Source of the DNA: a virus
Taxonomy: Duplodnaviria; Heunggongvirae; Uroviricota; Caudoviricetes
Virus record (IMG/VR): IMGVR_UViG_3300028591_000080
Location: 159,745 to 223,744 of that record
Reading direction: 5' to 3' (one strand)
DNA length: 64,000 nucleotides
In this document: in pieces, positions 28,856 through 39,564 of the stretch
How positions within the stretch are numbered: position 1 is the first letter of the stretch
Layout: each line of letters starts with the position of its first letter
Notes under the pieces: generated by a model
The model's database searches: none
What the model saw: the letters and a program-made list of their open reading frames with translations, nothing else
What the model was told of the DNA's origin: nothing
Position numbers and translations under genes: made by a program

Positions 28856-29035
28856 TAATTTTTCTCCTCTACATTTTTTTCTAAGTATTCAAATATCTCT
28901 TCAATCTTTTCTGTTGGAGATACTTTATATAAATCTTCTCTATTATATTTTTCAATAATTTTATTTAATCTATTATAATTATTATTGCTCAAACCAGCTC
29001 TAGACATAAAATAAACAATCTCTAAAATATCCATA

Positions 29036-29254
29036 TTACTTTCCTAACTCATTTAATTTATAATCTAAGAATGCTTCAATATCACAATGATCAGATGCGT
29101 TTAATACACCTTTATCATATAAATTTAAAGCTATAGTTTTTAATAATTCAATTAACTCAATCGAGCTTTCAGATCCTTCTAAAGCTTGATATAAAAACTT
29201 AGTTAATTTTTCATTAAACATTTTAGTCTCCCCAATTAGATTGATACTCAGCAA
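29036..29254 (-). CDS. hypothetical protein (72 aa)
   Basis: ORF. Confidence 0.4.
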   Translation of the reverse strand: MLSINLIGETKMFNEKLTKFLYQALEGSESSIELIELLKTIALNLYDKGVLNASDHCDIEAFLDYKLNELGK

Positions 29255-29966
29255 TTAAAGCGAAATATCTATTAATATCATCTTGTCTAGCTTTCCAAGC
29301 TTCTTCAAAACGTCTAGTGTACTCAGCGTGATTTTCTTCTTCAGATTTTCCATTGATCCATTCACCAGAATAAGCTACATGAACATCTTTTTCTGTTAAA
29401 TTATTAGCTTCTAACCATTCAGCTACGCTTCTAGTATCTTTATCTTTAATAAATTCTTTACGCATTTCAAAAGCTTCTTTTGACATAGGATCATCTAAGT
29501 ATAATTCAGCTGGAGATATAATATCTTCAAACATACCTCTATTATATAACTTTACTAATAACTCTGCATCTTTAATTGCTTTACCTTTATATATAAGAGT
29601 TATAGAACATTCATTTTCTCTTAACCACTTATGAGCTTCATCTTCATATTTATCTTCTAAGATTTTATATCCAAGATTAATAACTTCGCTCATTTCTCTA
29701 ACTTGCTTAGCAATTTCTTCTTCAGCAAGCCAGCCATAATGAATCATATAATCTCTCATCTCAATAATCTTAAATTGATTTAGTTCGATTATACCATACC
29801 AAGGATATTGTCGTTTAATAAAATATTTCCAACGACTCTTCCAGCTTTTATTAACTGTTTTATCATAACCAATTAATTTATCTGCTGCTTCCTTTAATGT
29901 TTGTTTGGTTTGAGGACTAGGCTTCCACCAATGATATTTATCTTTCTTTTTGTTTTTTCTAAACAT
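29223..29966 (-). CDS. hypothetical protein (247 aa)
   Basis: ORF. Confidence 0.5.
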   Translation of the reverse strand: MFRKNKKKDKYHWWKPSPQTKQTLKEAADKLIGYDKTVNKSWKSRWKYFIKRQYPWYGIIELNQFKIIEMRDYMIHYGWLAEEEIAKQVREMSEVINLGYKILEDKYEDEAHKWLRENECSITLIYKGKAIKDAELLVKLYNRGMFEDIISPAELYLDDPMSKEAFEMRKEFIKDKDTRSVAEWLEANNLTEKDVHVAYSGEWINGKSEEENHAEYTRRFEEAWKARQDDINRYFALIAEYQSNWGD

Positions 29967-30131
29967 ATTATCACCTCTTAGATAATAGCGATTAATGTAA
30001 TTACTAATAAGATAGTCATTCCGACTAGTGCAATTTTAGGCATAACTCTATTATGTCTATTATAAGCTAAGTCTTCATTATCTGTATTATAATTATCTCT
30101 CCATTCATCAAAGCATGCATCTTGTGCTTTT

Positions 30132-31148
30132 TTAATTTTCATTAGTTGGTTCATATGAATCTCCTTCTTTTTTAATAGTTACAGTTTGAACATCCATCCA
30201 CTTAGGACGCTTTGGTTCTTTTTCTACTAGTTTCTTTCCATTAGAATAACAAATACCATCTTCAATAACTAATACATTTACTTGCTTACTCCAAGCCGTT
30301 GTAGCATCTATGGCAATTAAATTTTTACCAAAGTAAATATCTGAGTTATCTGTAAAGTCATATAAATAATGTTCATTAAACTCAGAGCAACGATAGTGAC
30401 CACAAACTAATATTTTATCATTCTTAAGTTCTTGATTAAATAATCCTGCATCAAAGAACTTATATGGACAACCCCATGCTGCAACACTCCACTCTTTTGT
30501 AGTTGCATTACGCCAATCCGGTCTTTCTTTAAACATTTGGGTCCAAGCATAATATACACAATAATCCTCAGTTAAGCCACGTTCACTTTCCCAAGTTAAT
30601 GGAATGAACGAATGTACAAAGATATACTTACCTAATTCATAATAATTAATCCAACGATCTGATTTTAACCACTTAGTAACTTCAGAATTCTTTACAGCCT
30701 TTTTAATTTTATTCCATAAATCTTCTAGTGTCCAAACATCATCACTATAATGATGTCTAACAAAATGAAAATGCTTAGGATCATATTTTAAATCATAAGG
30801 AGCTTTATCTATTATATCCATATCATTTAATTCAGAACCTGCAATATGACAGAATGTTCTAACTGTTCCATTACTAAAATCATGGCTTTGTGGAAAATCT
30901 TTATTTAGTAAATCAAAATATAATTGTTCATGATTACCACGAATTAAAATACATCTATCTTCTGGTATTGACTTTAAAAAATTATAAACTTCAGCAGTTT
31001 CATCGCCTCTATCAAAAACGTCTCCACATACAATTAAGATATGTTCAGGATTTTCTTTATCATATCCATTATCTTTTAAAGCATTTTTCATAATAGAAGC
31101 AAAGCTATGAATATCGGAAATAACAAAATATTTCTTCATTGTAATCAC
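30132..31148 (-). CDS. PPP-family metallophosphoesterase (calcineurin-like; ApaH/PrpE or Pnkp-phosphatase-like)
   Basis: ISDIHS, CGDVFDRG and RGNHE signature motifs. Confidence 0.65.
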   Translation of the reverse strand: MITMKKYFVISDIHSFASIMKNALKDNGYDKENPEHILIVCGDVFDRGDETAEVYNFLKSIPEDRCILIRGNHEQLYFDLLNKDFPQSHDFSNGTVRTFCHIAGSELNDMDIIDKAPYDLKYDPKHFHFVRHHYSDDVWTLEDLWNKIKKAVKNSEVTKWLKSDRWINYYELGKYIFVHSFIPLTWESERGLTEDYCVYYAWTQMFKERPDWRNATTKEWSVAAWGCPYKFFDAGLFNQELKNDKILVCGHYRCSEFNEHYLYDFTDNSDIYFGKNLIAIDATTAWSKQVNVLVIEDGICYSNGKKLVEKEPKRPKWMDVQTVTIKKEGDSYEPTNEN

Positions 31149-31213
31149 ACTCCTATATATTATAATACAATATTATAAAACAAAAAAGAGGCACTAGGCC
31201 TCAATTTTATTTA

Positions 31214-32785
31214 TTAGTCCTTCTTAGTTGTAGAAGGCTTCTTTGTTGTAGGTGATTCCTTAACTTCGAAAGCATCATTCTTTACTGAGTTAGAAATTAG
31301 CTTTCCACCTAAAGTACCTACCAATAATGACTTAATATCTAAGCCAGTTGCTTGTTCAAGACCAGCGAAGATTTGAGTACCGTTCTTAGTAATTTCTTCA
31401 TTAAGCTTTGCAGTATTGCCTTCACCATACATTGTAATATTACCAATATGAGACATAGCTTCAGCCATAGGCTTAGAGTATGCTTCAACAACCTTAGGTA
31501 ATACATCAGATTCTAGAATCATCTTTAATGTAGCAGCTTCACCATATTGCTTCATCGCATCAGCTTTCTTTAAGATAGCTTCAGCTTCAGCCTTACCTTT
31601 AGCTTCAATACCTTCAGCTTCAGCAAGTGCAGCTTGCTTCTTAGCTTCAGCTTCTGCAACCATTGCTTCCTTCTTAGCATTAGCTTCGATAATTTGAGCT
31701 TCAGCAGCTTGTTGACGAGCAGCTTTTTCTGCAGCAGCCTTAACCTTAGCCATTTCAGCTTGACGTTGTGCTTCTGCTAATTCAGCTTCAGCAGCCTTAG
31801 TTCTCTTGTAAAGATCCGCATCAGCAGCCATTTGTGCAGCATACTTTTCAGCATCAGCTTTCTTATTAACTTCAGCTTGTAATCTCTTTTCAGTTAATTC
31901 AACTTCTTGAATTCCTAATTGAACTTCTCTTTGACGCTTAGAAATCTCAGCATTAATTGTTGCAGTATTAATAATTTCTTGTTGCTTTTGTTGTTGAATC
32001 TTATAAGCAGCATCTGCATCAGCTCTTGCTGTATCAGACTTTTGCTTTAATGAAGCAGCTCTTAATTCATATTCAGTATTTTGCTGAATGATTGTTGTAT
32101 CAGACTTAACCTTAGCTTCATTTGCATCTTGTCTAGCTTGTGCTTGAGCAATGTTTACATCTCTATCAGCATTTGCTTTAGCAATAGCAGCATCCTTAGA
32201 GATTTGAGCGATGTTATCGATACCTAAGTTTTCAATAACACTATTGTCATCAGTAAAGTTTTGAATATTAAAGTTTACTACTTCGATACCAATTGCAGCC
32301 ATATCTGGAGTAACATTTTCCTTAACCTTATCAGCAATACCTTTACGATCTTGAACCATATCTCTAATCTTAGATGCACCAACGATTTCACGAATATTAC
32401 CTTCAAGTACTTGGATAACTTGATCTTCAATATCTTTCTTAGACTTATTTAATAATGATTCTGCAGCTCGTTGTAACATTTCTGGAGTAGAACCAATTTT
32501 AATATTTGCAACGGCATCTACATTAACATTAATGAATTCATTTGTAGGAACTGAATTTCTAGTCTTAATATCAATAGACATTAAAGATAATGATAACTTA
32601 TCAACTCTCTCAAAGAAAGGAATTCTAAAACCTGCCTTACCAACAAGTACACGTTGTCTACGAGGACCTGTGATAATAACAGCCGTATCTGTTGGAGCCT
32701 TAGTATATCCTGCTGCTAAGAATATAATTAATAAGAATAAAAGCGCTCCGGCGATACTTAAACCAATTATTAAACCTAAATTCAT
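31214..32785 (-). CDS. flotillin-like SPFH/band-7 membrane protein with long Ala/Glu/Lys coiled coil
   Basis: N-terminal TM helix, SPFH core (VIITGPRRQRVLVGKAGFRIPFFERV), then a roughly 200-aa AEAK-rich coiled coil. Confidence 0.65.
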   Translation of the reverse strand: MNLGLIIGLSIAGALLFLLIIFLAAGYTKAPTDTAVIITGPRRQRVLVGKAGFRIPFFERVDKLSLSLMSIDIKTRNSVPTNEFINVNVDAVANIKIGSTPEMLQRAAESLLNKSKKDIEDQVIQVLEGNIREIVGASKIRDMVQDRKGIADKVKENVTPDMAAIGIEVVNFNIQNFTDDNSVIENLGIDNIAQISKDAAIAKANADRDVNIAQAQARQDANEAKVKSDTTIIQQNTEYELRAASLKQKSDTARADADAAYKIQQQKQQEIINTATINAEISKRQREVQLGIQEVELTEKRLQAEVNKKADAEKYAAQMAADADLYKRTKAAEAELAEAQRQAEMAKVKAAAEKAARQQAAEAQIIEANAKKEAMVAEAEAKKQAALAEAEGIEAKGKAEAEAILKKADAMKQYGEAATLKMILESDVLPKVVEAYSKPMAEAMSHIGNITMYGEGNTAKLNEEITKNGTQIFAGLEQATGLDIKSLLVGTLGGKLISNSVKNDAFEVKESPTTKKPSTTKKD

Positions 32786-32880
32786 TTAATCACCTCTTAT
32801 TTATTTTTATTAAGTTTACATATATATTATACAACAAAAAAGGTAGAGACTTAATAAATTCTCTACCTAAATATTAATTT

Positions 32881-34002
32881 TTAATTGAACTCTAGTTTAA
32901 TTGCATATAAGATTGTATTTGTTGTAGACTTTCGGATAATATGTTCACCAGCTTGGAAGTTTAGTATGGTTACAATTCCATTTTCATCAACTGTTTTCTT
33001 TACGTTATCAACAACAATTGCTTTTGCTGGAGTAACATGTAATGTCAATGTAGATTCAGCACCAGTTTCAAAAGTTACCATTGAGAATCTTGTATCAGAA
33101 CCTTCCATCTTTAAACCTGTTGTATAATTAGTTCCATCGATAGTTATTGGATTATTTTCATAAGAACCATGAGCGATAAATTTATTATCTGATGGAGCTT
33201 GATTGAATGTACAAATTGTATCAGTATCAATCTTTACGCTACGTTCAATTTCTATTTCATTCATCCTTTCAATACAATTTATTAGTTTATCATGATTTGA
33301 AATTCGTGCATGAACATATTCCCAAGCAGCAGTTGTAACTGCATCTAATTGATCAACATATTCATAAGTTAAATTATCTGGATCTGGTAATGCATTAATT
33401 AAATTATATACAGCTTGAGCTTCAGTGTCTTCACTTTGTTCTGGAGCATAGGTTCCAGTTACACCTAAAATACTTACACCTTCTTTAATATTTTCAGCTT
33501 TAATTGCTGAGTCAATAGCACTTGTTACAGCTTTAACCGTTACAGTTCCTAATCCATCATAATTCTTATCAAATGTTATTTCTTGGTTATTTAATGTAGG
33601 ATTAACAGTTTTATCTTGAAGAACAACTTCAGCAGGTACTGGCTGAACTCCTGAATCCTTTACAACCTCCCAACCATCTTCATCATAAATATAGGCTTTA
33701 CTTTTATCTATTTCAACAAATATAGAACCTAATCCAATATTATATTGATTACCTATCTTAGTTGGTTTTTCATCTGTACTTAATCCAAAGAAACAAAAAA
33801 CATCACGAGCGATAGGAGTATAGAAATCAAGAATTGGACCTGTGTACTTAATCCACTCACTTGTTTCTTCATTAAAAAAATATCTATCTTGAGTATCTGT
33901 TTCAAACACCATAGAACCAGTTTTAATATTTTTAGTTGGTTTAATGTCTTGTGATGTTAAATTATAACCATTAACACCTTCTTGAGGAACATATCTAATC
34001 AT
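32881..34002 (-). CDS. hypothetical protein (373 aa)
   Basis: ORF. Confidence 0.5.
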   Translation of the reverse strand: MIRYVPQEGVNGYNLTSQDIKPTKNIKTGSMVFETDTQDRYFFNEETSEWIKYTGPILDFYTPIARDVFCFFGLSTDEKPTKIGNQYNIGLGSIFVEIDKSKAYIYDEDGWEVVKDSGVQPVPAEVVLQDKTVNPTLNNQEITFDKNYDGLGTVTVKAVTSAIDSAIKAENIKEGVSILGVTGTYAPEQSEDTEAQAVYNLINALPDPDNLTYEYVDQLDAVTTAAWEYVHARISNHDKLINCIERMNEIEIERSVKIDTDTICTFNQAPSDNKFIAHGSYENNPITIDGTNYTTGLKMEGSDTRFSMVTFETGAESTLTLHVTPAKAIVVDNVKKTVDENGIVTILNFQAGEHIIRKSTTNTILYAIKLEFN

Positions 34003-34127
34003 GTATAGTTCTCCTTATAAAGTCTTCTACTAGTAAATTTAGCATTAAATTTTAATAAAAAAGCAGAGAAATTAATTTTCTCTGCTTAAGCCTCAGAATT
34101 TTATTTATTTTTTATTTATTTATTTTA

Positions 34128-34538
34128 TTAGTCCCAAATACTATTCCAGAAACGGTTAAATCTCTTATTTACCTCTTCCATTTCCTTGAAATAATCTTCT
34201 AATGTTTTTTGCTTTACTTCCTCTATTTGGAACTCAACATTATCACCGTCACGCTTATAAGTTAGATGATATCCTTGATGCTTTTCAGCAAAATCATCTA
34301 ATTCTTTTCTATATGTTTTATAAGCTTCTTGTTCAGCTTTTCTTAATTCTGCACGCTTTTGATTATTTTCTTTTACAAGTTTTAAATAATCATTTGCAGT
34401 AGTATTAATCTTAGCTAAATCAGCTTTCTTCTCAGCTAATGCAGTTTCCTTCTTAGCTTTTTCAACCTCTAATTTCTTTTCAGCTTCTTGAGCCTCTTCC
34501 ATTGTTGCGTACTTAACGCCATTTACTAAAAATTCCAT
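34128..34538 (-). CDS. coiled-coil protein (136 aa)
   Basis: Lys/Glu heptad-rich; hairpin plus T-run terminator downstream at about 34047-34075. Confidence 0.5.
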   Translation of the reverse strand: MEFLVNGVKYATMEEAQEAEKKLEVEKAKKETALAEKKADLAKINTTANDYLKLVKENNQKRAELRKAEQEAYKTYRKELDDFAEKHQGYHLTYKRDGDNVEFQIEEVKQKTLEDYFKEMEEVNKRFNRFWNSIWD

Positions 34539-34705
34539 TGTTAATCTCCTATTATTATTTTATATCAAATTTGCAAGTCCTATCTTGCATGCTTGATACC
34601 AATGAATTGTAACTGAGGTGCTTATTCCTCATTGATATTAAGTTCTGTAGTTATCTTAGCTACATATTAATTTAGCATATCTAACTACATATTATTATAC
34701 AATAT

Positions 34706-35077
34706 TTATTTAATTTTTTCTAAAGCATTTTTTAGTTCTGTTTTAGCACTAACAGCTTTAGGTGTTAAAATTCTAAATTTTTCTAATTCATCAAAAACTT
34801 CTAGACAATTAAACAAAGCTTTATTAATATTCTTAACTAATTCTTGATCTAAAGTCTTATCTGACTTCTTTGGTTCTTCAATTGGAGATTCATGAATTAA
34901 TGAAGATTGAGCACGATCTATAACTTTTAAGTTTTCACTTAAACCTATAATCTCATCATCATTAAATACATATCTACCATTAAATTGTTTAGTAGCTTTT
35001 ATTAAACCTTGATCAATATATTTATTTAAAGTAGGTCTCGAAATCTTTAATCGTACCAGTACTTCTTTAGTATTCAT
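34706..35077 (-). CDS. MerR/AlpA-type helix-turn-helix DNA-binding protein
   Basis: N-terminal VRLKISRPTLNKYIDQGLIKA helix-turn-helix. Confidence 0.5.
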   Translation of the reverse strand: MNTKEVLVRLKISRPTLNKYIDQGLIKATKQFNGRYVFNDDEIIGLSENLKVIDRAQSSLIHESPIEEPKKSDKTLDQELVKNINKALFNCLEVFDELEKFRILTPKAVSAKTELKNALEKIK

Positions 35078-35213
35078 AAATACCTCCTAATCAAAATTAA
35101 CTAATCCATATTTACTAGTATATAACAAATAAGAATTATATAATGACCAATTGCCAGTCCAAAGACCAACAATTAAATGTCCATACAATAATACAACATT
35201 CTTAAAATAATTT

Positions 35214-35660
35214 TTAATTTTCTTCATTTGCTTTTACCTCCACAAATATCTTAGAAATAACTTCCTTATGTAATTTGATATTTATATCATGCTTGCCGAA
35301 TGTTTTAATATTATCCATCATGATTTGCTTAGACTCAAGTCCTGGAACTATTTTAATTAATTCTGGCATTAAGTCTTTCTTAGTCACAGCTTTATTAGCT
35401 GAACCATCTGGCATTGGCTTTCTATAGAATGTAAAAACCTTACCTTTTAATTGATCATCTTGCTCCCAACACATTTGTAAGAAATCATTAGCTTCATCTT
35501 GTGCTCTATCAATATCTCTTTGTCTCTTAGCAAGATTTAATTCTGTAGCAGGTTCTGCTTTACCTTGAGTGATTAAGAAATTAGCATAGCCATTTGCAAA
35601 TTCCTTTATATCTAATGCTTTACCTTTACCTTTGACATCTTGTGTTAAAATTACTTTCAT
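35214..35660 (-). CDS. hypothetical protein (148 aa)
   Basis: ORF. Confidence 0.45.
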   Translation of the reverse strand: MKVILTQDVKGKGKALDIKEFANGYANFLITQGKAEPATELNLAKRQRDIDRAQDEANDFLQMCWEQDDQLKGKVFTFYRKPMPDGSANKAVTKKDLMPELIKIVPGLESKQIMMDNIKTFGKHDINIKLHKEVISKIFVEVKANEEN

Positions 35661-35691
35661 AAAATCACCTCATATATAATATTATACAATT

Positions 35692-36072
35692 TTATTCTAA
35701 TGCAGATCTAATATCTGAATAAACTTCTTGTAAATGTAATACAGTATTTTTTATTCTATTAGCCATAAACATTTCAAACTTTTCGATAATTTCATCATTA
35801 GTTAATGGCTTAAGAGAGTAAATGCTATATTCATCTGTGGTAAATTCACAACACTTTCCAAGGTCCTCACTATTAAAAGCATAGTCATAAAAATTATCAT
35901 CTTCTTTATAATATCTTATATAATAGTTTATTTCATCAGCAATTGGATGCTTGTCATCGCCATAGAAATAATGCTTAGATGAATATAATGTATAGTCTCT
36001 TTTGTGTTTCTTAAGATTATATTCATAAGATAATGTATAAGAATAAACTAATTTTTTAATCATAGGTATCAC
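35692..36072 (-). CDS. hypothetical protein (126 aa)
   Basis: ORF. Confidence 0.45.
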   Translation of the reverse strand: MIPMIKKLVYSYTLSYEYNLKKHKRDYTLYSSKHYFYGDDKHPIADEINYYIRYYKEDDNFYDYAFNSEDLGKCCEFTTDEYSIYSLKPLTNDEIIEKFEMFMANRIKNTVLHLQEVYSDIRSALE

Positions 36073-36078
36073 CTCAAA

Positions 36079-36678
36079 TTAATGTGGGTTATAACCGTAG
36101 TCTATAACAGTACAAACTGGCACATAAATTACAGTATAAATCTCAGTAGAGTTTGCATCTTTTCTTTCCTCTACTCTTGGACTTGTATCACTTTCTTTTA
36201 GATATACATTTGAATTAATTTTAACTTTTGTTAAAGAAAATAAATCTTTTGAATTCTTTATATAAAAGTAATAATAATTATCAGTGCTAACACTTCCATT
36301 ACCTAATAAGAAATGACCATTGACTTCTGAATTTAAATCTAATGAATAAATATGGTCATATTGCACTTCTACTATCTCAGATTTATACCATTCTGGATAA
36401 TGTTTGTTATTATCTATTGTAGCAATTAGTGCCCAAATTGGAAGTAATATAAGTCCACTAAGAGCAAGAGTACCAAATAAACAAGGTTTTAAATCATCGT
36501 CATCGTCAATTAAACCAAATATTCCAGCAGCTAATGTACCTAAGATACCTAAACCGATAAATACTATACATATAATCCATAGTGCTACAAAAGCAGTACT
36601 AGGTTCTTGGTAAGTTGGTATTGATAAAATTGTATTTAACATATTAATAATCTTCCTTTCTTTTATCTGCAGTTTCAA
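36079..36678 (-). CDS. integral membrane protein (at least 3 TM helices)
   Basis: Hydrophobic stretches VALWIICIVFIGLGILGTLAAGIFGLI and LALSGLILLPIWALIATI. Confidence 0.5.
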   Translation of the reverse strand: MKLQIKERKIINMLNTILSIPTYQEPSTAFVALWIICIVFIGLGILGTLAAGIFGLIDDDDDLKPCLFGTLALSGLILLPIWALIATIDNNKHYPEWYKSEIVEVQYDHIYSLDLNSEVNGHFLLGNGSVSTDNYYYFYIKNSKDLFSLTKVKINSNVYLKESDTSPRVEERKDANSTEIYTVIYVPVCTVIDYGYNPH

Positions 36679-36850
36679 TTACATCAACATAATACTTTTG
36701 ACCATCTGCAATTTGATCTTTCGATAGTTCTTTATTTAACTTATTTGCGGCTCTTTCAGCTCTTATTGGGTCTAAGTATATAGCCTCAATATAACCACTA
36801 ACAAAATCAAAATCCCAAACTAAATCACTTTTAACAGCATATAATTTCAT
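36644..36850 (-). CDS. hypothetical protein (68 aa)
   Basis: ORF. Confidence 0.4.
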   Translation of the reverse strand: MKLYAVKSDLVWDFDFVSGYIEAIYLDPIRAERAANKLNKELSKDQIADGQKYYVDVIETADKRKEDY

Positions 36851-36862
36851 ATGTTATTCCTC

Positions 36863-37234
36863 CTACTTTAAATAATTTCTTTTCTTAAACCATTTTCTTA
36901 ATGTATAGAAGTCTCCTTCAATTTCACCATTACTTCTATCGTATTTATTTCCGCTACGATATGTATAAGTTAATTTGTAAATATGGTCACCAGTTATTTC
37001 TAATTTGAATTTTCTATTCTTACTTTCAAATGTAACATAACTTAATTCTTCCATAACTACCTTCTTAAATTTTGTATCATCGCCAAGATAATTCCACCAG
37101 CCAACTACTTGATTTTCTCTATTAGATAAACCATTGCCAGTTAATCTTTCCATTTCTTCTTTATCATTAATTATCTCTTTCATATGATCAATGATATTTT
37201 CTAAACTTAAATCTAAATTAAATAAACCAAACAT
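36863..37234 (-). CDS. hypothetical protein (123 aa)
   Basis: ORF. Confidence 0.45.
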   Translation of the reverse strand: MFGLFNLDLSLENIIDHMKEIINDKEEMERLTGNGLSNRENQVVGWWNYLGDDTKFKKVVMEELSYVTFESKNRKFKLEITGDHIYKLTYTYRSGNKYDRSNGEIEGDFYTLRKWFKKRNYLK

Positions 37235-37237
37235 ATT

Positions 37238-37564
37238 TTAGTCCTCCTCTAAAGCATATAACTTATAACCATCATCAGTTTGCGCTATCTTGAATCTTCT
37301 ATTATACTCTGGTACATTATCAAATTCTAAATCACAATTAGTAGCAAAATCACAAGTTCGATTATATACATTTTCACAACAAATTAGTCTTGCGTCTTCT
37401 ATTGGACCGAGATTAGCTGAGGCTTTTCTAATAGGATTTTTATATTGTTTGCCTTTTTTACTTACAATATAATCTGTACTTCCTGTTTCAAACCAACACA
37501 CAAGTAATCTTCCACCACAAACTGGACATATAAAATCTAATTGTTTCATAATTAGTTCCTCCAA
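37238..37564 (-). CDS. zinc-ribbon protein (108 aa)
   Basis: CPVCGG ... CCENVYNRTCDFATNC cysteine pairs. Confidence 0.45.
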   Translation of the reverse strand: MEELIMKQLDFICPVCGGRLLVCWFETGSTDYIVSKKGKQYKNPIRKASANLGPIEDARLICCENVYNRTCDFATNCDLEFDNVPEYNRRFKIAQTDDGYKLYALEED

Positions 37565-37654
37565 TTATTAATAATCATATTGACTATCATCTTTACATTA
37601 TATTATACAACAAAAAAGAACGCTTTTGGCGTCCTTTAAGAGAAAATATGAAAA

Positions 37655-38218
37655 TTATTCAAAATATTTCTTAACAATAATTTGGCAGTCTCTCATAACT
37701 GTTAATGCGGCTTCATGAGCTTCAGGAGATAAACCTGCACATAAGTCATCATAAACATATACATCGATTTCTGGAAGTAAAGACTTAAGAATTAATGCAT
37801 TACTAATTACACAAATATCTGTACAAGTTCCTACAAGATTAATTCTCTTTACATCTGCAAGACCGTAATAGAAGTGTTCGTAGATAACTTCTTTCCAACG
37901 ATCCATGCTCATACCAAACGAAGGCTTAGTAACTAAGAAGCCATAACGAGAAGCTTCTAATAATTCCTTAACTACCTTATGTCCATCAGTTCCTTGAATA
38001 CAATGAGGAATAGGTAAGAACTTTCCTTCTCTTGAAGCCATATATCCTTGTTGGTGAGTATCTTGTGTAAATACTACAACTTCACCTCTTGCTTCAGATT
38101 CTTTAATAAATTGTACCATTGGTTTAACGATTGCTTGTGCAGCTGGATTAGCTAAGCTACCAGTTACAAAATCATTTTGCATATCAATGATAATTGTTAA
38201 TGTCTTATTATTTTCCAT
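37655..38218 (-). CDS. pncA: nicotinamidase (isochorismatase family, PncA)
   Basis: TLTIIIDMQNDF, catalytic Cys in VGTCTDICV; likely start MENNKT directly after the pncB stop (the track ORF has a spurious N-terminal extension). Confidence 0.7.
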   Translation of the reverse strand: MENNKTLTIIIDMQNDFVTGSLANPAAQAIVKPMVQFIKESEARGEVVVFTQDTHQQGYMASREGKFLPIPHCIQGTDGHKVVKELLEASRYGFLVTKPSFGMSMDRWKEVIYEHFYYGLADVKRINLVGTCTDICVISNALILKSLLPEIDVYVYDDLCAGLSPEAHEAALTVMRDCQIIVKKYFE

Positions 38219-38220
38219 AA

Positions 38221-39474
38221 TTAAGCCTCCTCGTTTTCTAATCTCCAGTTGATTGCATCCTTTAGATGAACTGTATATGCTGGATCTGGACATAATGTTT
38301 TACCCTTATCATCAGATACCTTTGCAACTGGCTTACCATTTACATATTGTAATTTCATAACAATATTTAATGGTCTGACAGTAGAGTCATTTGTAATGAA
38401 GGTACCAATACCCGCAGCAAATTTCATACGACCATCTACATAGTTATAGATTTCTAAACACTTATCAAAGTCATAAGAGTTAGATACTAAGAATGTTTTA
38501 GTCTTTGGATCAACACCTTCAGCTTCATAAGCCTTAACAAAGTTATCAATATGTTCGTGGTCATCGCCAGAGTCTGTTCTAACACCCATAAATTGTCTCA
38601 TGAATAATCTCTTGAATCCTCTTAAGAATAACTTAGTTGTTAATGTATCTGTTAATGCAATACCTAAGTCACCTTCAAATGTTTCTAGCCATTCTTGTAA
38701 TGCAGCTTCTACTGAATATGCTACTTGAATTCCTTTAACACCTTGGAATAGCATTGTATATTCATGAGCGAATGTTCCGATAGGAGTAACACCATATTTC
38801 ATAGCTAAATAGATATTTGAAGTACCACTAAAGATTCCAGATTCACAACCATTAGCTACGATAAAATCTTGAAGCTCTGGTAAGTTTCTACGTCTTGTAC
38901 CAAATTCTGCGATCTTACCTTTAAGTGGCTCATACTTTCCACCTTTTTCAAAACCAGCAGCCTTTGCAGCCCAACGCTTAATTCCTTCATTATAAATATT
39001 ATCATAAGTATCATTAAATAAATTCCATACATAAGATACAATTGATAAAGTATAGATTTCAAATTGAGATACAATATATACTGGACCTTCAGCTTCGATA
39101 TGTAAATCTCCATTTTCATCTAATTCAAATCTAGTTAAATATCTTAAATCTAATGTAAGGTGTCTTAATAATTCTAATGCACCTTTATGTTTTCTTAAGT
39201 GACGAATATTCTTTAAGTAATCAAGCTCAGCATCTGTCCAGTGTAATGTTGCTAAGTGTTCAAACTGTCTCTTTATTTCTCTGAACATTTCTGGAGTGAA
39301 CTTTGCATCCTTTGTTCTATTAACAAAGATATACTTTGTGATATCATTTGCATGATGTTCTAATTGAGGAATAAACATATATACTTTATAAGCATCCTCT
39401 TCAGATAAATAATGGATAGCATAACCATCTTTGTAATTAATAGGGCACTTTAACCCAGCTTCTGTAATTTTCAT
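38221..39474 (-). CDS. pncB: nicotinate phosphoribosyltransferase (PncB)
   Basis: Collinear with E. coli PncB: EFGTRRR, GTSN, TPIGTFAHEY, LGIALTD, RTDSGD, KPLNIVMKL, NGKPVAKVSDDKGKTLC. Confidence 0.85.
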   Translation of the reverse strand: MKITEAGLKCPINYKDGYAIHYLSEEDAYKVYMFIPQLEHHANDITKYIFVNRTKDAKFTPEMFREIKRQFEHLATLHWTDAELDYLKNIRHLRKHKGALELLRHLTLDLRYLTRFELDENGDLHIEAEGPVYIVSQFEIYTLSIVSYVWNLFNDTYDNIYNEGIKRWAAKAAGFEKGGKYEPLKGKIAEFGTRRRNLPELQDFIVANGCESGIFSGTSNIYLAMKYGVTPIGTFAHEYTMLFQGVKGIQVAYSVEAALQEWLETFEGDLGIALTDTLTTKLFLRGFKRLFMRQFMGVRTDSGDDHEHIDNFVKAYEAEGVDPKTKTFLVSNSYDFDKCLEIYNYVDGRMKFAAGIGTFITNDSTVRPLNIVMKLQYVNGKPVAKVSDDKGKTLCPDPAYTVHLKDAINWRLENEEA

Positions 39475-39564
39475 ATTTTAATTCTCCTTAATTATTTATT
39501 TAATATAGTCATCTTGACTATTATATTATACAATAAAATTTAGGAAATTTTATTCTTAATTTCC

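Noticed and set aside
37655-38293. The 25-aa N-terminal extension of PncA overlapping pncB
   Set aside because: The extension (MSRSSIYSSSKGCNQLEIRKRGGLI) is not conserved-looking. The internal Met (MENNKT) sits immediately after the pncB stop with proper spacing, so I took the shorter start.
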